A DNA stretch of 64,000 bases. Source: Geosiphon pyriformis uo1. Taxonomy: Eukaryota; Fungi; Glomeromycota. Below the pieces are notes generated by a model. It ran no database searches, was not told the DNA's origin, and saw nothing but the letters and a program-made list of their open reading frames with translations. The position numbers and the translations under genes were made by a program. The number at the start of each line of letters is the position of its first letter. Position 1 is the stretch's first letter. Below are positions 27,509 through 40,095 of this stretch, piece by piece. The stretch covers positions 96,388 through 160,387 of the forward strand of contig JAAOMT010000197.1 of the NCBI GenBank assembly GCA_016748015.1, in the 5' to 3' direction.

Positions 27509-28559
27509 TGTTATCAGTAGAATTTTAGCTATTAATTAGCATGAAATTATCCTTATAATTCCTATTATTAATTAGCATATATTATTATAATTTCGATTAC
27601 CACTTATTATTTAATTAAATATCAAATATTATTACTCAATCAATAATCTAATTTGTACCATAGAAATTATGATGATTAAATTACACAATATCCTGAACCA
27701 TTTAATATAGTCAAAATTCGCCGAAATTAATGAAAATTGGCCGAAATAATCAATAATTCAGTAAAATAACTTGTAGTTTGCCAAAATGTATCTTTAGTTC
27801 ACCAAAATTGTAGCAAAAAGAAAAGTGCAAGTTCAAAGACTAGTATTACAACAAGTTGTATAAAAAAAAGCTTCTCTCTTCAAGAAAATGTATCTTCTTA
27901 CAGTATCTTAACATAGTATCTCACTTTAGATATCTTAATTAGAACAAATCACTTTTTCACATCTCAAATAAAAATTAAATATTTGAAAACCAAATCCTTA
28001 AATTATTACACTTGAAATTCTTTCAAACACAACTAACATTTCGAAATTGATTAGCTACCAATTTCAGTAAACTGTTAGTGACTCCAGGCCTGAATAGAAA
28101 ACGTTTTCCTTGACAGAATTCTATTTTTTTTACATTTTTTTTATTTTTCTGTTTTTTTCTTATCATAATTATTAAAGTAACCTACAGACAAGATTCCTGT
28201 AGAAGAATTGACTTTTATAGCAAAGTAACTACACATTTTTAGTAAGCTTTTAGATGAGCAATTCTTGGAAAAGAGTTGACATTTACTACAATGTAACTAC
28301 ACAAAGTAACTGGCACAGAATTGGTTATTCCACTTATAAATCCAACAGTTTAAATTATAGAAGATAATTTGAAAATAAATTCAGTTATTGGAAATTTAAC
28401 TGCTTCCAAAAAACGTGAAAGTAGCAACAAACAAACATTAACAACATTCAAAAAAAGAGACCAAAAACCTCTGATAATATTTGGTGCTCTTCCACGGAAA
28501 TAACACAGCAACAACAAATTCAAAGTGGTAATTACACCAGATACATCAACTCTAGAGTA

Positions 28560-31500
28560 TTATTAGTCAATTTACATTATTGCAAGCAAAGATTCAACAT
28601 TCCAGACGAAATTGAAATTGTTAAGAAGACACTTTACCAGTATATTGAAAATTGCATCAACAATTATTTTCTTAGAAATTACAACATTTCAGAAATTAGA
28701 AGCAACCTTTACAATAATTTAGTGCACTATTCACAATTGGAAACTAAAGACCTTAATAGTGAAACACTTGCCACCTACTTCCAAGAACTTAATTTTAACA
28801 TTATCAAGTATTGTAAAAAAACATATTTAATACAGTCCAAATACTCTATTGATTTTGAACCAAAGACAAAAACAAGCAACAAAGACAAACAAAAACTGAA
28901 ACAACATTCAAGTACCACCCCAAATACTCCAAAAACACCAAAGACAACTACCAAATACTTACAAACACCTAAACAAGAAACCAGTGTCAAATTACTATTT
29001 TCTATTACACTATTTCCAATTTTACTTGTTTAACCACAAACACCAAATTCACTACTTAATTGTTTCTCCAGACCAGAAAATTTTCAGTCATCTAGAAATT
29101 CTACTCAACAGCAGGAACCAATATCAACCAGCACTAATCTTCTTGATTACTTACAGGAAAATGAAAGTAATCATTCAAAGAACTTAGAAAGTGAAAAAAC
29201 TGAATCAGAACCAGAAGAAATTACAGAAAACAAAGAAGAAATAACAACTGCTTACATTGCAAAGATTCCAGAATTTACTGGTAAAGATAATGATACCAGC
29301 CCTCAAGAATGGCTTGATAAAGTTCAAAAAGCAGGAGATGTAAATAGTTGGAATACAGCAAGAATGCTTAAAGCAATTCCATACTTTTTTCAAGGAACTG
29401 CAGAAGAATGGTTTGAAAATTTAGAAGAATTATTTGAAAACTGGCAAGCATTCAAAAATGCTTTCTTACAACAATTTACTGATAACAACATCTCTATTAC
29501 TCTTCACAATCACTTTCGAAATATCAAACAAGAAACATCTGAAACTGTTATGACCTATTTTGGGAGATTCAACAAACTTTTTCAACAAATTCGACAATTG
29601 AAAACCAATAAATACTATTCCAATGCCCAGATTTTGGATCAGTTTATAGCAAGATTGAAAAACAAGTTAATTAAGAAAGTTTGCCCACATGCCCCAAAAG
29701 ACTTAGCAACAGCCATTAGACATGCAAAGAACTATGAAATGGCAATAGAAGAAACAAACCATACCAAACTTGTAAATTTTGCCATTAAAGAAACCAGCTT
29801 AACAGCTAAAGAAAAAATTGACCAACTTACAAAGAAGATTGAGAACTATTTCACTAACTAGCAGCAACAACCACAAAGATATTAGCCACCACAATAATGA
29901 AACCAAACCAACTACTCATTATCATTAAATAGTCAAAACCAAAGTTGTTATTATTGTAAGATTCCAGAACATTGGAAACAAGATTGCAGAAAACTACAAA
30001 GAGACCAACAAAACAAGAGTAATCAGCATTACTTTTTAGCACAGCAATCTTATTACCAGCCTCCATTACCAGCCTATTATTCTTCAAGACCCCAACAGCA
30101 GAACAACTACTATCAGTCTGCTTCACAGTAGCAATATCAACAACCTCTACCAATCCAACAGTATTAACAGCCACTCACACAACAATACCAAGTATTTGCT
30201 CAAAGATTGGTTCAACAAAACCAATTTACACCTCAAAATCAATTTCAGAATAACAACAACAGAATCAACTCAAACAACCAATTAGTTTCCTGAAATTCTG
30301 GTCAGCAAAGACCCAATTACTATCACACTTAACCCAGTTATCTCACAATGCTTGAAGAATCGGATTTTCAATAAACTGCACTTTCTGAAAGTGAAGTTGT
30401 AGCACCAAGATCAAACTTTTTTAACAATACTATTCCATCAGCCCAAATTGCCCAAAATGCCAACCTTTCAAATATATTTCCATTCGAATTTAAAGCAAAT
30501 AAATTACCATTTTTGCTTAGCAATACAGCAGTCAATGAACAAAAAGCAATCACAGCTATATATACAGAAGCTGAAGTAGAAGGAAAACCAATTCAGTTAA
30601 TCTTAGACAGTGAATTAGCTAAAAGTATTATTACCTACCAACTGATGTAACAACTTGGAAAAAATGTTGACAGACCAGCCCAAACTGTCATTGTTACAGC
30701 AGATAATATGAAAAAGACACCAATAGGAGAAATTGACAACTTCTTATTCACTATTGATGGAATTATCATTCCAGTCAAAGTTTTAATCATAGATGCATTA
30801 CAATACCAAGCTTTTGTCAAAAATGACTGGCTTCTTAAAACCAATGCAAATTTAGATTGAAAAACCCAGAAATTGAAGATTTCATATCAAAGACAATACA
30901 CTAGAGTACCTGCCACTTGTGGTACTTTTAATAAAAAATCTGAAAAAGCTCCAGTATTCGAATTTGAAAAAGAGAAAAAACTACCAATCATTGAAACTTT
31001 TATGGCTTTTGGATCAACATTCAGTTGGGCCAAGGAAACAGAACAAGAAATCTTTGAGGAGACCAGAAGATAGAATGTAGTTAGATATTCTACACCAGAA
31101 CCACAGAAACAACTACTCTACATCCCACTTAAATACAAAGATTGCAACAAAAAACTTTTATTAATAAGAACATGTATTTCTTCAAAAGAGAAATATGAAA
31201 CTCACACCTGCTACTTTTGCAAAGCATGTCATAGAGAACAATTTGAATATCCCAAAAGAAGTGAAAAATAGGACAACACTCTTTGCCTTACATGTGGAGA
31301 TATGTTATCAGAAGAATATAACTGGATTAATGTTGTAATAAGAGAAGAAATATGTAATCAAATCTGCTAATATGCTCTATCAATCTCGGAAAAAGTCAAA
31401 AGAGGAACACTTTTTGATGCAGCATACAACAGTGCTCTTAACAAACTTTATTACTATCTTCATAATACTGAAATGATCTTTGACTTAGCAATGGCTTTAA

Positions 31501-34500
31501 TTAATAAAGCCACACAAAAAGATGTCTGCCAAATAAAAAAAACAAAATACATTGAGTATACAATAAAATTAGCTGGATTTAACTATGAAGATGAAGTGGA
31601 AACATACCACCAAATTGCAAGTTATACTTATTTGACTCAAAAAGCTCAAATTCAACAATTAAAGCAGATAAACATTCAATTGTGTAAAGAATACATCATG
31701 TTTTGTGATAACAAATGGTGTCCAGAATGCTATGCACTTAGCATCCCCTTATCTAACAAAAATAACCAGGAAAAAATAAAGTTTGGAGAACTTAAGCCAG
31801 AAGAAAAAATTGCAACAACTTCAATTTATCTTACTAAAAACCAACTTGCTATACAATTCAAATACTTTAACAACAATGGAAAAGAAATAAAACCAGAAAA
31901 AGCCCACAAAATTGATGCAGGATATGACCTAAGATATTCTGACAAAGACACTTTGATTCTCCAACCAAAATCTTTAACCAAAATTAATCTCAAAATTGCT
32001 CTTGAAATATTACTAAGAACAATAGTTCAAATTGCTTCCCAATTATTATTGGCAAGCAAAGGAATCAATATTAGAGAAGGAGTCATAGATGCAGAATATA
32101 CTAGAGACATTACTATCATGTTACAAAATGAAACAGACAAACCATTCAGAATTGAACATGTTGAAAAAATTGTCTAAGCAATTTACATACTCTTAATCAA
32201 CATTTCAGATTTACAATCAGTTAACAACAGAAAACAATTGGGAAAAAGTGAAAAAAGAATACAAGATTTTGGTTCAACTAGATGATTTACAGTTTCAGTA
32301 AACATAGCTCTCAATGCACAGAATAAATCTTACCAGATTTTTCAACTTTTCCAACCAATTACTATTTCATCTTTTGAAGAACATCACAAAATTTACACTT
32401 GCTCAAAACCTACCACTATCCAACAAATCTTTGTATCTAATGAACAAATTTGTTTAAAGCATGAAATCTCAATTCCAAACGTTTATATTCTCAAAGGAAT
32501 GAAAAAATTTTGAGTTACATTTTACAACCCAATAATTATCTTATTGTCTTATTAAACAAATCAGAGATTAGAATCATATACAGTTATATCTTTCAAAATG
32601 AAAACCCTTAAATTGTCTCTAATTTTATTGAAATTGTAAGACATACTCTATTTTCAAATTCAAATATTATCTCTACTACTGAAAGCTACCATTTTTTGAA
32701 AGAAAAACTCTCTTAAATCAATATGGATCCCTTAAAACCCCAACAACAAAAACAATTGAAACAGCTAATAGCTGAATTTGCAGATATATTTGCAAAAGAC
32801 AACAATGACCTAAAAAAAACTGACATTGTTCAACATTAGATCCATACAGGAAATGTTCCACTAAAATGACAACAAGCCTATTGAGTTTCACTTGCTAGCT
32901 ACCAATTTATTAGAGAAGAGATCCAAAGAATGTTCAATAGCAGATTGATTCAACCATCAAAAAGTCTTTGGGCCTTATCAGTAGTTTTTGTTAAAAAAAA
33001 AAACGAAAAAATCAGATTTTGTGTAGATTATTGTTAGCTCAACAGCATGAGAATTGAAAATGTTTATCCACTTCTAAGAATTGACGACATACTAGATACT
33101 CTAAGAAAAGCCAAGTTTTTTTCAACTTTAGACTTGAAAAGTAAATACTGGCAAGTCAAAATGAACCCAAAAGATCGACCCAAAACAGCATTTACCACCC
33201 AAGGAAAAAATTATGAGTTCAATGTTATGTCTTTTGGATTTTGCAATACACCAGCAACATTCTAACAACTCATAGATATTGTATATGAAAGACTTTTATG
33301 GCAATTAGTAGTTGTCTATCTTGATAATACTGATGTGTACTTATCAAGTTTTAAGGCTCATCTCATCCACCTGTGAGAAGTTTTTTAATGATTATGAAAA
33401 GCAGGATTGAAATTGAACATTAAGAAGTGTCACTTTGGAAAAACAAGTTTAATCTTTCTTGAACATATTGTCAGCAAAAATAAAGTCAAACCAAATTCTG
33501 AAACAATTAGTGTTGTCAAAAACTTTCAAACTCCCAAAAATACCACAGAACTACAAGGATTTGTAGGATTAGCCTCTTACTATCAAAAATTCATTAAAAA
33601 ATTCTCAGAAATTACCAAACCACTCAATTATCTTACCAACAAAAACGTGTCATATCAATAGACTAAAGAACAGTAGAAAGTTTTTGAAACCCTCAAAACA
33701 AAATTGACAACAGCCTCAATTCTTGCTTATCCAGACTTTAACAAACAGTTTTAACTAGCTACTAATGTTTTACACATAGTATTTGGTATTATGCTATCAC
33801 AATTAGATGAAAATGACCAGGAGGAAGTCATTGCTTATGCTAGTAAAACACTCAAGCCTACAGAACTCAAATATGGCTCAACTGAATTAGAAACTGCTGC
33901 AGTTATTTGGGCTCTTAAACACTTTTAACAATACCTGAAAAATGAAAAATAATTTGACATCATAATTAACAATATTGGTTTTAAATGGCTCAATAAAAAG
34001 AAAACTAAACAAAGTGCCAAACAGTCTTAATGGAATAATTTCTTAGCAGACTACAAATATATTGTACACCACAAACCAGGAAAACTATACATTAATGTTG
34101 ATAGCCTCTTAAGAATGAGACAAAATTAACACCACCAATAAATCTACTACAACTTACTACTACCAACAAAACAACAAAACAACAATAGATTCAAGAAATT
34201 ACAACAACCTTAAAAACTATTTGGAGACTTTTATCATACCAGAAAATTGGTCTCCAAGTAAAAAACATCGATTACAACACCAATTCAAACAATATTTCAT
34301 ATATTATAACAAAATCTATTACAAAAATTGCAAAAACTCAAACCAACCACTCAGATTAGTACAGGAAAATAAAAAAGAAACAATCCTATACAACATGTAC
34401 ACAGATCCATCTTCAGCACACTTAAGAAGAGATGAAACACTTTAAAGAACTCTTGAATATTATTTTTGGCCTCACATGCAAAAAAACATTTAACAATATA

Positions 34501-35570
34501 TAGAATCTTGTGATAGTTGTCAAAGAAAAGAAAAAACTTGTCTCACAGAACCTTTAAATCCAATCAAAGTTGGACAACTTTTTGACAGAGTTGGAATTGA
34601 TTTAGTCGGACCATTATCTATTACAACCCAAGAAAATCGTTATATTAGAGTTGCAGTAGATTATCTTACCAAATGACCTGAAGTTAGAGCCATCCAAAAA
34701 ACAGATGCAAAATTAGTAGCAAATTTTATTTATGAAGACATTATTTGTAGACATAGATGCCCAATTGAACTTTTATCTGATCAAGGAACATATTTTGTAA
34801 ACAACTTGATACAATAAATTTGTGAACAATTCAATATTAAAAGACCACTATTATTACTTTATTACCCTCAAACAAATGGATTTGTAGAACATTTCAACAG
34901 AATATTATGTAAATCTTTAGCCAAAGTCTCAACAGATTTTGAGCAGAAATGGGATATCTTTATTCCATCAGTGTTACTAGCATACAGAACACTAAAACAA
35001 GATACTATAAAACACATACTATTTAATCTTACTTATGGAAAGACAGCAACATTACCAATTAATTTCACAGTGAAAACATACCCAGTACAACCAACCAATA
35101 AAGAAAACTTTCAAAAAACACTCCAAAGAAAAGTCTACACTCTTCTTAGTACATTGGAAGGAAAAAGACATATAGCAGCCACTTATATTGAACACTCTCA
35201 AGTCCAACAAAAAGAAAGACATGACAACAAATTGCCACCAGTTACCAACGAATTTAAAGTGGAAAATAAAGTTTTCTTACACAGAACTAAGACTGAAAAA
35301 CAATGGAGTAAAAAATTTGAACATAAATGGAATAGACCATTTTATATTTACGAAATTCTAGGCAATAGATCATACAAGTTAAAACTTGATAACAAAATAT
35401 TAGCAAAAATTGCACATAAAGATTGATTGAAACACTATTATTTCAAAAACAATCCTGAACCATTAATTTCACAAATTGGTACACATTTCTCTTTAATTAG
35501 TCCTGAAAATATTCCCCGAAATTTAGAACCAATAATTATAATAAAACAACAACAAAACTTGAACACTTAA
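28560..35570 (+). pseudogene. gag (CCHC ~29945) - PR (~30590) - Cys-rich insert - dUTPase (~31890-32290) - RT (YLDN 33317) - RH (stop 34127); integrase ~34185-35570
   Basis: Fragments 29364-29861 (gag), 31473-32177 (DAGYDL, GVIDAEY), 33047-33661 (RT), 34221-34445 and 34971-35426 (IN). Confidence 0.9.
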
Positions 35571-35747
35571 TTTAAAAATATTTTTTATAATAATCTTTTT
35601 AAAAAAAAAAACACAAAAACAAAAACAAAAATAGTAAAATAATTACAAGAAACATTCAAACCCAAAAACAAATAAAAACTCTATACACAAAAATAATTTT
35701 CTTTATTCTTTTTTCAAATTTTCTTTATTAATTAATCAATTTTTATC

Positions 35748-36455
35748 ATGATTATTTCCCGAAATATTCAACAAATATCCCAAAAATTAATGTTAGTCTT
35801 GAAAACACTTCTTAACTTATCCATAATGATTAATGAAAGTCAAATTAATTACACTCAGAAAGAAAGCACAACACCAGTAGTAAATAATTCTCAGAATTAT
35901 TACTCCTATAGAAGAAAAACAAAAAGTTACTCTGGAATTCAATTACCAAAACTTTTGAAGCAAACACTAAAAGAAAACTTTTTATTTGCTCTTATTGACA
36001 TTCCACCAAATGCCACAATCCAACAAAAACTTCTACTATTTTTCAATAAAGAGAACAATGAACATACTCTTATATATAGATATTTTCATATTGGAAAAAC
36101 ACTTTATGAACAGAAACTGAAACTTGAAGCAACCAACATTATTCCTGAGACTATACAAAAACAAATTCACAATATATTCAAGACAGCAGCTGAATCAACA
36201 AACACTTATTACAAACTTAGAGCAGCTTTTAGACTCTATGAGTTATTCAATACTTGTAAAAACATCCTACAAAATCTAATACTTCATCCAATAAAGATTC
36301 AATATATTGAAAAGCTCACAGAACTGAAATTTCAACAATTTTCAGACCAAATCACTTCAATTATTTTGGACCACTATCTTAATATTACAGATAATGCTTG
36401 GACTTTGATGGAGCTCAGTTTTAAGAAGAAAATTATTTTACCAGTAAAATTTTAG
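35748..36455 (+). CDS. Extra 3' ORF (ORF3) of family B, 235 aa, uninterrupted, function unknown; ends inside the 3' LTR
   Basis: ATG to TAG open while gag-pol is riddled with stops; near-identical protein at 46309-47016 (-). Confidence 0.7.
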   Translation: MIISRNIQQISQKLMLVLKTLLNLSIMINESQINYTQKESTTPVVNNSQNYYSYRRKTKSYSGIQLPKLLKQTLKENFLFALIDIPPNATIQQKLLLFFNKENNEHTLIYRYFHIGKTLYEQKLKLEATNIIPETIQKQIHNIFKTAAESTNTYYKLRAAFRLYELFNTCKNILQNLILHPIKIQYIEKLTELKFQQFSDQITSIILDHYLNITDNAWTLMELSFKKKIILPVKF

Positions 36456-37880
36456 CTATTAATTAGCATAAAATTACCCTCATAATTCCTATTATTAATT
36501 AGCATATATTATTATTATTTTGATTACCACTTATTATTTAATTAAATTATCAAATATCATTACTCAATCAATAATCCGATTTGTATAATAGAAATTAAGA
36601 TGATTAAATTACACAATACCCTAAACCATTTAATATAGTCAAAATTCGCCGAAATTAATGAAAATTGGCCGAAATAATCAATAATTCAGTAAAATAACTT
36701 GTAGTTTACCAAAATGTATTTTTAGTTTACCAAAATTATAGCAAAGAGAAAAGTGCAAGTTCAAAGATTAGCATTACAACAAGTTGTATAAAAGAAAAGC
36801 TTCTCTTTTCAAGAAAATGTATCTTCTCACAGTATCTTAACATAGTATCTCACTTTAGATATCTTAATTAGAACAAATTATCTTTTACACATTCAAATAA
36901 AAATTAAATATTTGAAAACCAAATCCTTAAATTATTACACTTGAAATTCTTTCAAACACAACTAACATTTCGAAATTGATTAGCTACCAATTTCAATAAA
37001 CTGTTAGTAATTCCAGGCCTGAATAGAAAACGTTTCTCTTGACAGAATTCTATTTCTTTTACATTTCTTTTATTTTTTCGTTCTTTTCTTATTATAATTA
37101 TTAAGGTAGCCTACAGACAAAATTCCTGTAGAAGAGTTGACTTTTACAGCAAAATAACTACACATTTTTAGTGAGCTTCCAGATGAGCAATTCCTTGAAA
37201 AGAGTTGACATTTACTACAACATAACTACACAAACTAACTGGCATGGAATTGGCCATTCTATTTATAAGCCCAGCAGTTTAAATTATAGAAGATAATTTG
37301 AAGATAAATTCAGTTATTAGAGGTTTAACTGCTTCCAGAAAACATGAAAGTAGCAACAGACAAACATTAACAACATTCAAGAAAAGAGACCAAAAACCTC
37401 TGATAACAATGTTTTTCTAGATATAATATTGTTTTTTATCTTATCAACTACTAAAACATCTGAATTAACATAGTTACTTTTCTCTGCAATTATATTTTTC
37501 ATGTTTTTTATATCCAACAGGCCACTTATACTGTTCACTTTACTACTTCAAGACTTCACAATCCTATTACTAGTACTATTGATATTAGTCAGGCCTAAAA
37601 AATTAGCAGACAAATTAACTATACTGATACTGGCTTCAGGTTTTTTTGGCTTTTTATAGGACATACTATAAAAATAAATACTATTAACCCACTTCTTTTT
37701 AATATTAGATCAGATCTTCAATTCAGCAGGACCAGAACCAAAACTATCAGCAATAAAGCTCATCAGTTTTATAACCACAAACAAAAATGTGTCTAAAGAA
37801 ATAACTAGAGAAGTAAAAAAGAAGAAAATAAGAAAAATTATTTATTTGGCAGTGTTTTGCTCTTATTGTGACCAGAAAAT

Positions 37881-39600
37881 TAACAAAAAAAGATTTTAAA
37901 ATTTTGTTTTTATAACAATTTACTTATTAAATTAAATAAAAAATTGATTAATTATATATTTTTATATATAATTTACATTTATAATAATTTTTTGTTATTA
38001 AATTAAGTAATCTAAATTAAGTATAAATTATGTACTATCTATATATAACTAACTATTTAAATTAATTAAAACAAATCTATTTTAATATTAATATTATTAT
38101 TAATATTCAAAAAAAATAAACACAATTTATATAAATCAAAACAAATATTTAAATTTTTAATAATTTCAAATATTTTATAATATTATTAAAAACAAAGATA
38201 ATAAATTAGTAATAATAAAAGACATATAACTATTATAAAATATTAAACTATTTTTTTTATAAGTGCTTTAAATTTAAATTGAATTAATCATATTTTTTTA
38301 TAATAAACTATTTTTAAATTATATATATTTTTTATTATTTTATTAACAATAAACTTAGTATTTTCAAAAATAGAAAAATTTTCAAATATTATTCTTTAAG
38401 AACAAAACTCTTATTTAAAATAATATATACTATAATATCTGATACATATATCAAAAACAATTAAAAAACACAAAATATTAATTAACAGAAATTTAATATA
38501 AATATCTATATTTTAACACATGATTTTAATAGATTATAATAAATAATAAATTTTATTTTACAAGAAAAAAATGATTCAAAAATTCAATTTTTTTACAATA
38601 TAATACAAAATACTAGAGTACTTTTTATTAAACAATTGCTTATAAATAGTAATAGATAAATAGTAATATAAAAATTTTATAAAATATGTACATAAATTAA
38701 CCATAGTTTTTACTTATATGTTTAGCTATTATATAAGAGTTAGAGTATCAAATTAAAAATAATTAAATCTAATTAATATTTTTAAGTAAGATTTTATCTA
38801 CAATTGTAATACCAAATTTAGTTTTTTATTATACACAATAAACAGATTTGAAAATATTTTAAATAAAATATTAAGTATTTTTAAAAACAATTATATTTTT
38901 AGTTTTGATATATTATTTATAGATTTAAACAAAAAACATAAAATTTAAATATACAATAATACTAATCAACTTGTTAACTGTCTTGTTTTTTATAATATTT
39001 GAATAATTTTTAATTTTTAATCAAATAACATTAATATTTTTTTTCTTAATAACATTTATAATATAATGTTTTTTTAATTAACACCAGTTATAAAAGTTAG
39101 ATATTATTAGATTTAATTCAAATATATAATATTAATACCAAATTAAAAATTAATTATTGGTATTTTTTTATTAATTTTTACAATAATTAAAAATTTTAAT
39201 ATTATAATATATAAATATTAATATATAAATTTTGTATTTAAACAATAAAAAATTTTAAATGTTAAAAACAAAATATAAATATAAAAATTTGTCAAAAATA
39301 CAAAAAAATATAGTTTTATTTAAGTTTTATAAGTTTAAAAAAACCAGCACATATAATTTTAAATTTAATTAATATTTTAAATTTACATAATAATATAATT
39401 TTAATTTAAATAATTAACAGATTAATTATTTTAACAATAAAATAAATAATAATAAAAATAAAGATTAATATTTTACTTTTAAAACATTAAAAAAACTTAT
39501 AAATTTATTTTTATAAATTTAAGTTAAAATTTTTAATATATGTTAATAAAAATAATGTTAAATAAAAAGTAAATAAATAAATTGGGTTAAAATCATTGTT
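37881..39600. other. Extremely AT-rich buffer between the TE stack and the gene island
   Basis: Very low G/C, no ORFs, abrupt switch to CpG-containing sequence at ~39700. Confidence 0.6.
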
Positions 39601-40095
39601 TTACAGATTTCATTCAATTAAATTAAGAAATTAGGTTTCAAAAATTTCATTAGTTAGTAATAACAAATAAGTCTACTTTTTACAAAGAAATGAACAACAT
39701 TATCAAAATTTATTTTGTGAACTTCCTACCAATCCTTTCTTAACAGAAACCAACCAGGTTTTCTTCTTACTCAAAGGCTTGCATTTTAAAAATGCATATC
39801 GTTCCTCCTGAATATTGTGACAGCATTTAATTTAAACTTCAGTCCGATTATTCCAAGTAACAGGAAGCTCGACGGGCCCTGAGGAACAGCACCTCTAGAA
39901 ATTGACTCAGTTTCACCAAAATTGAATAATTAAATAAAGGGATGAATAAAAGTATACCCACTGAGAAAACATGGATGAATTGCAATGTGACAGGCCGTAC
40001 TAACTAAGCATTTTGATCTCCCAGCTTAATCCATCAGTTTGGAGGAGACTTAAAAACAAAAAATAACCAATTCAAAATGAATTTACCTGTTCGCC

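Larger units (their letters stand above)
27509..37408 (+). mobile_element. Full-length Ty3/Gypsy element, family B copy 1 (LTRs 27509-28479 and 36436-37408)
   Basis: ~970-bp direct repeats; perfect ATGT TSD; PBS TTTGGTGCTCTTCCACGG at 28480; purine tract before 36436. Confidence 0.95.
7325..37880 (-). mobile_element. Full-length decayed LINE (~6.8 kb of own sequence) split by four nested LTR insertions
   Basis: 3' UTR (7340-7401, continuing 9802-9880) matches the reverse complement of the first LINE's 3' end. RNase H VYIDSS at 10939-11172; RT ~12000-13900; APE ~14700-15400; ORF1 pieces 26049-27508 and 37413-37763. Segments rejoin across the TSDs. Confidence 0.85.

Noticed and set aside
269-35570. 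Alternative genetic code explaining in-frame stops
   Set aside because: Stops are mixed TAA/TAG/TGA, mostly differ between copies and come with frameshifts; island genes use the standard code.
35748-36455. ORF3 as a retroviral env gene
   Set aside because: Short and hydrophilic, with no evident signal peptide, TM helix or furin/fusion motif.
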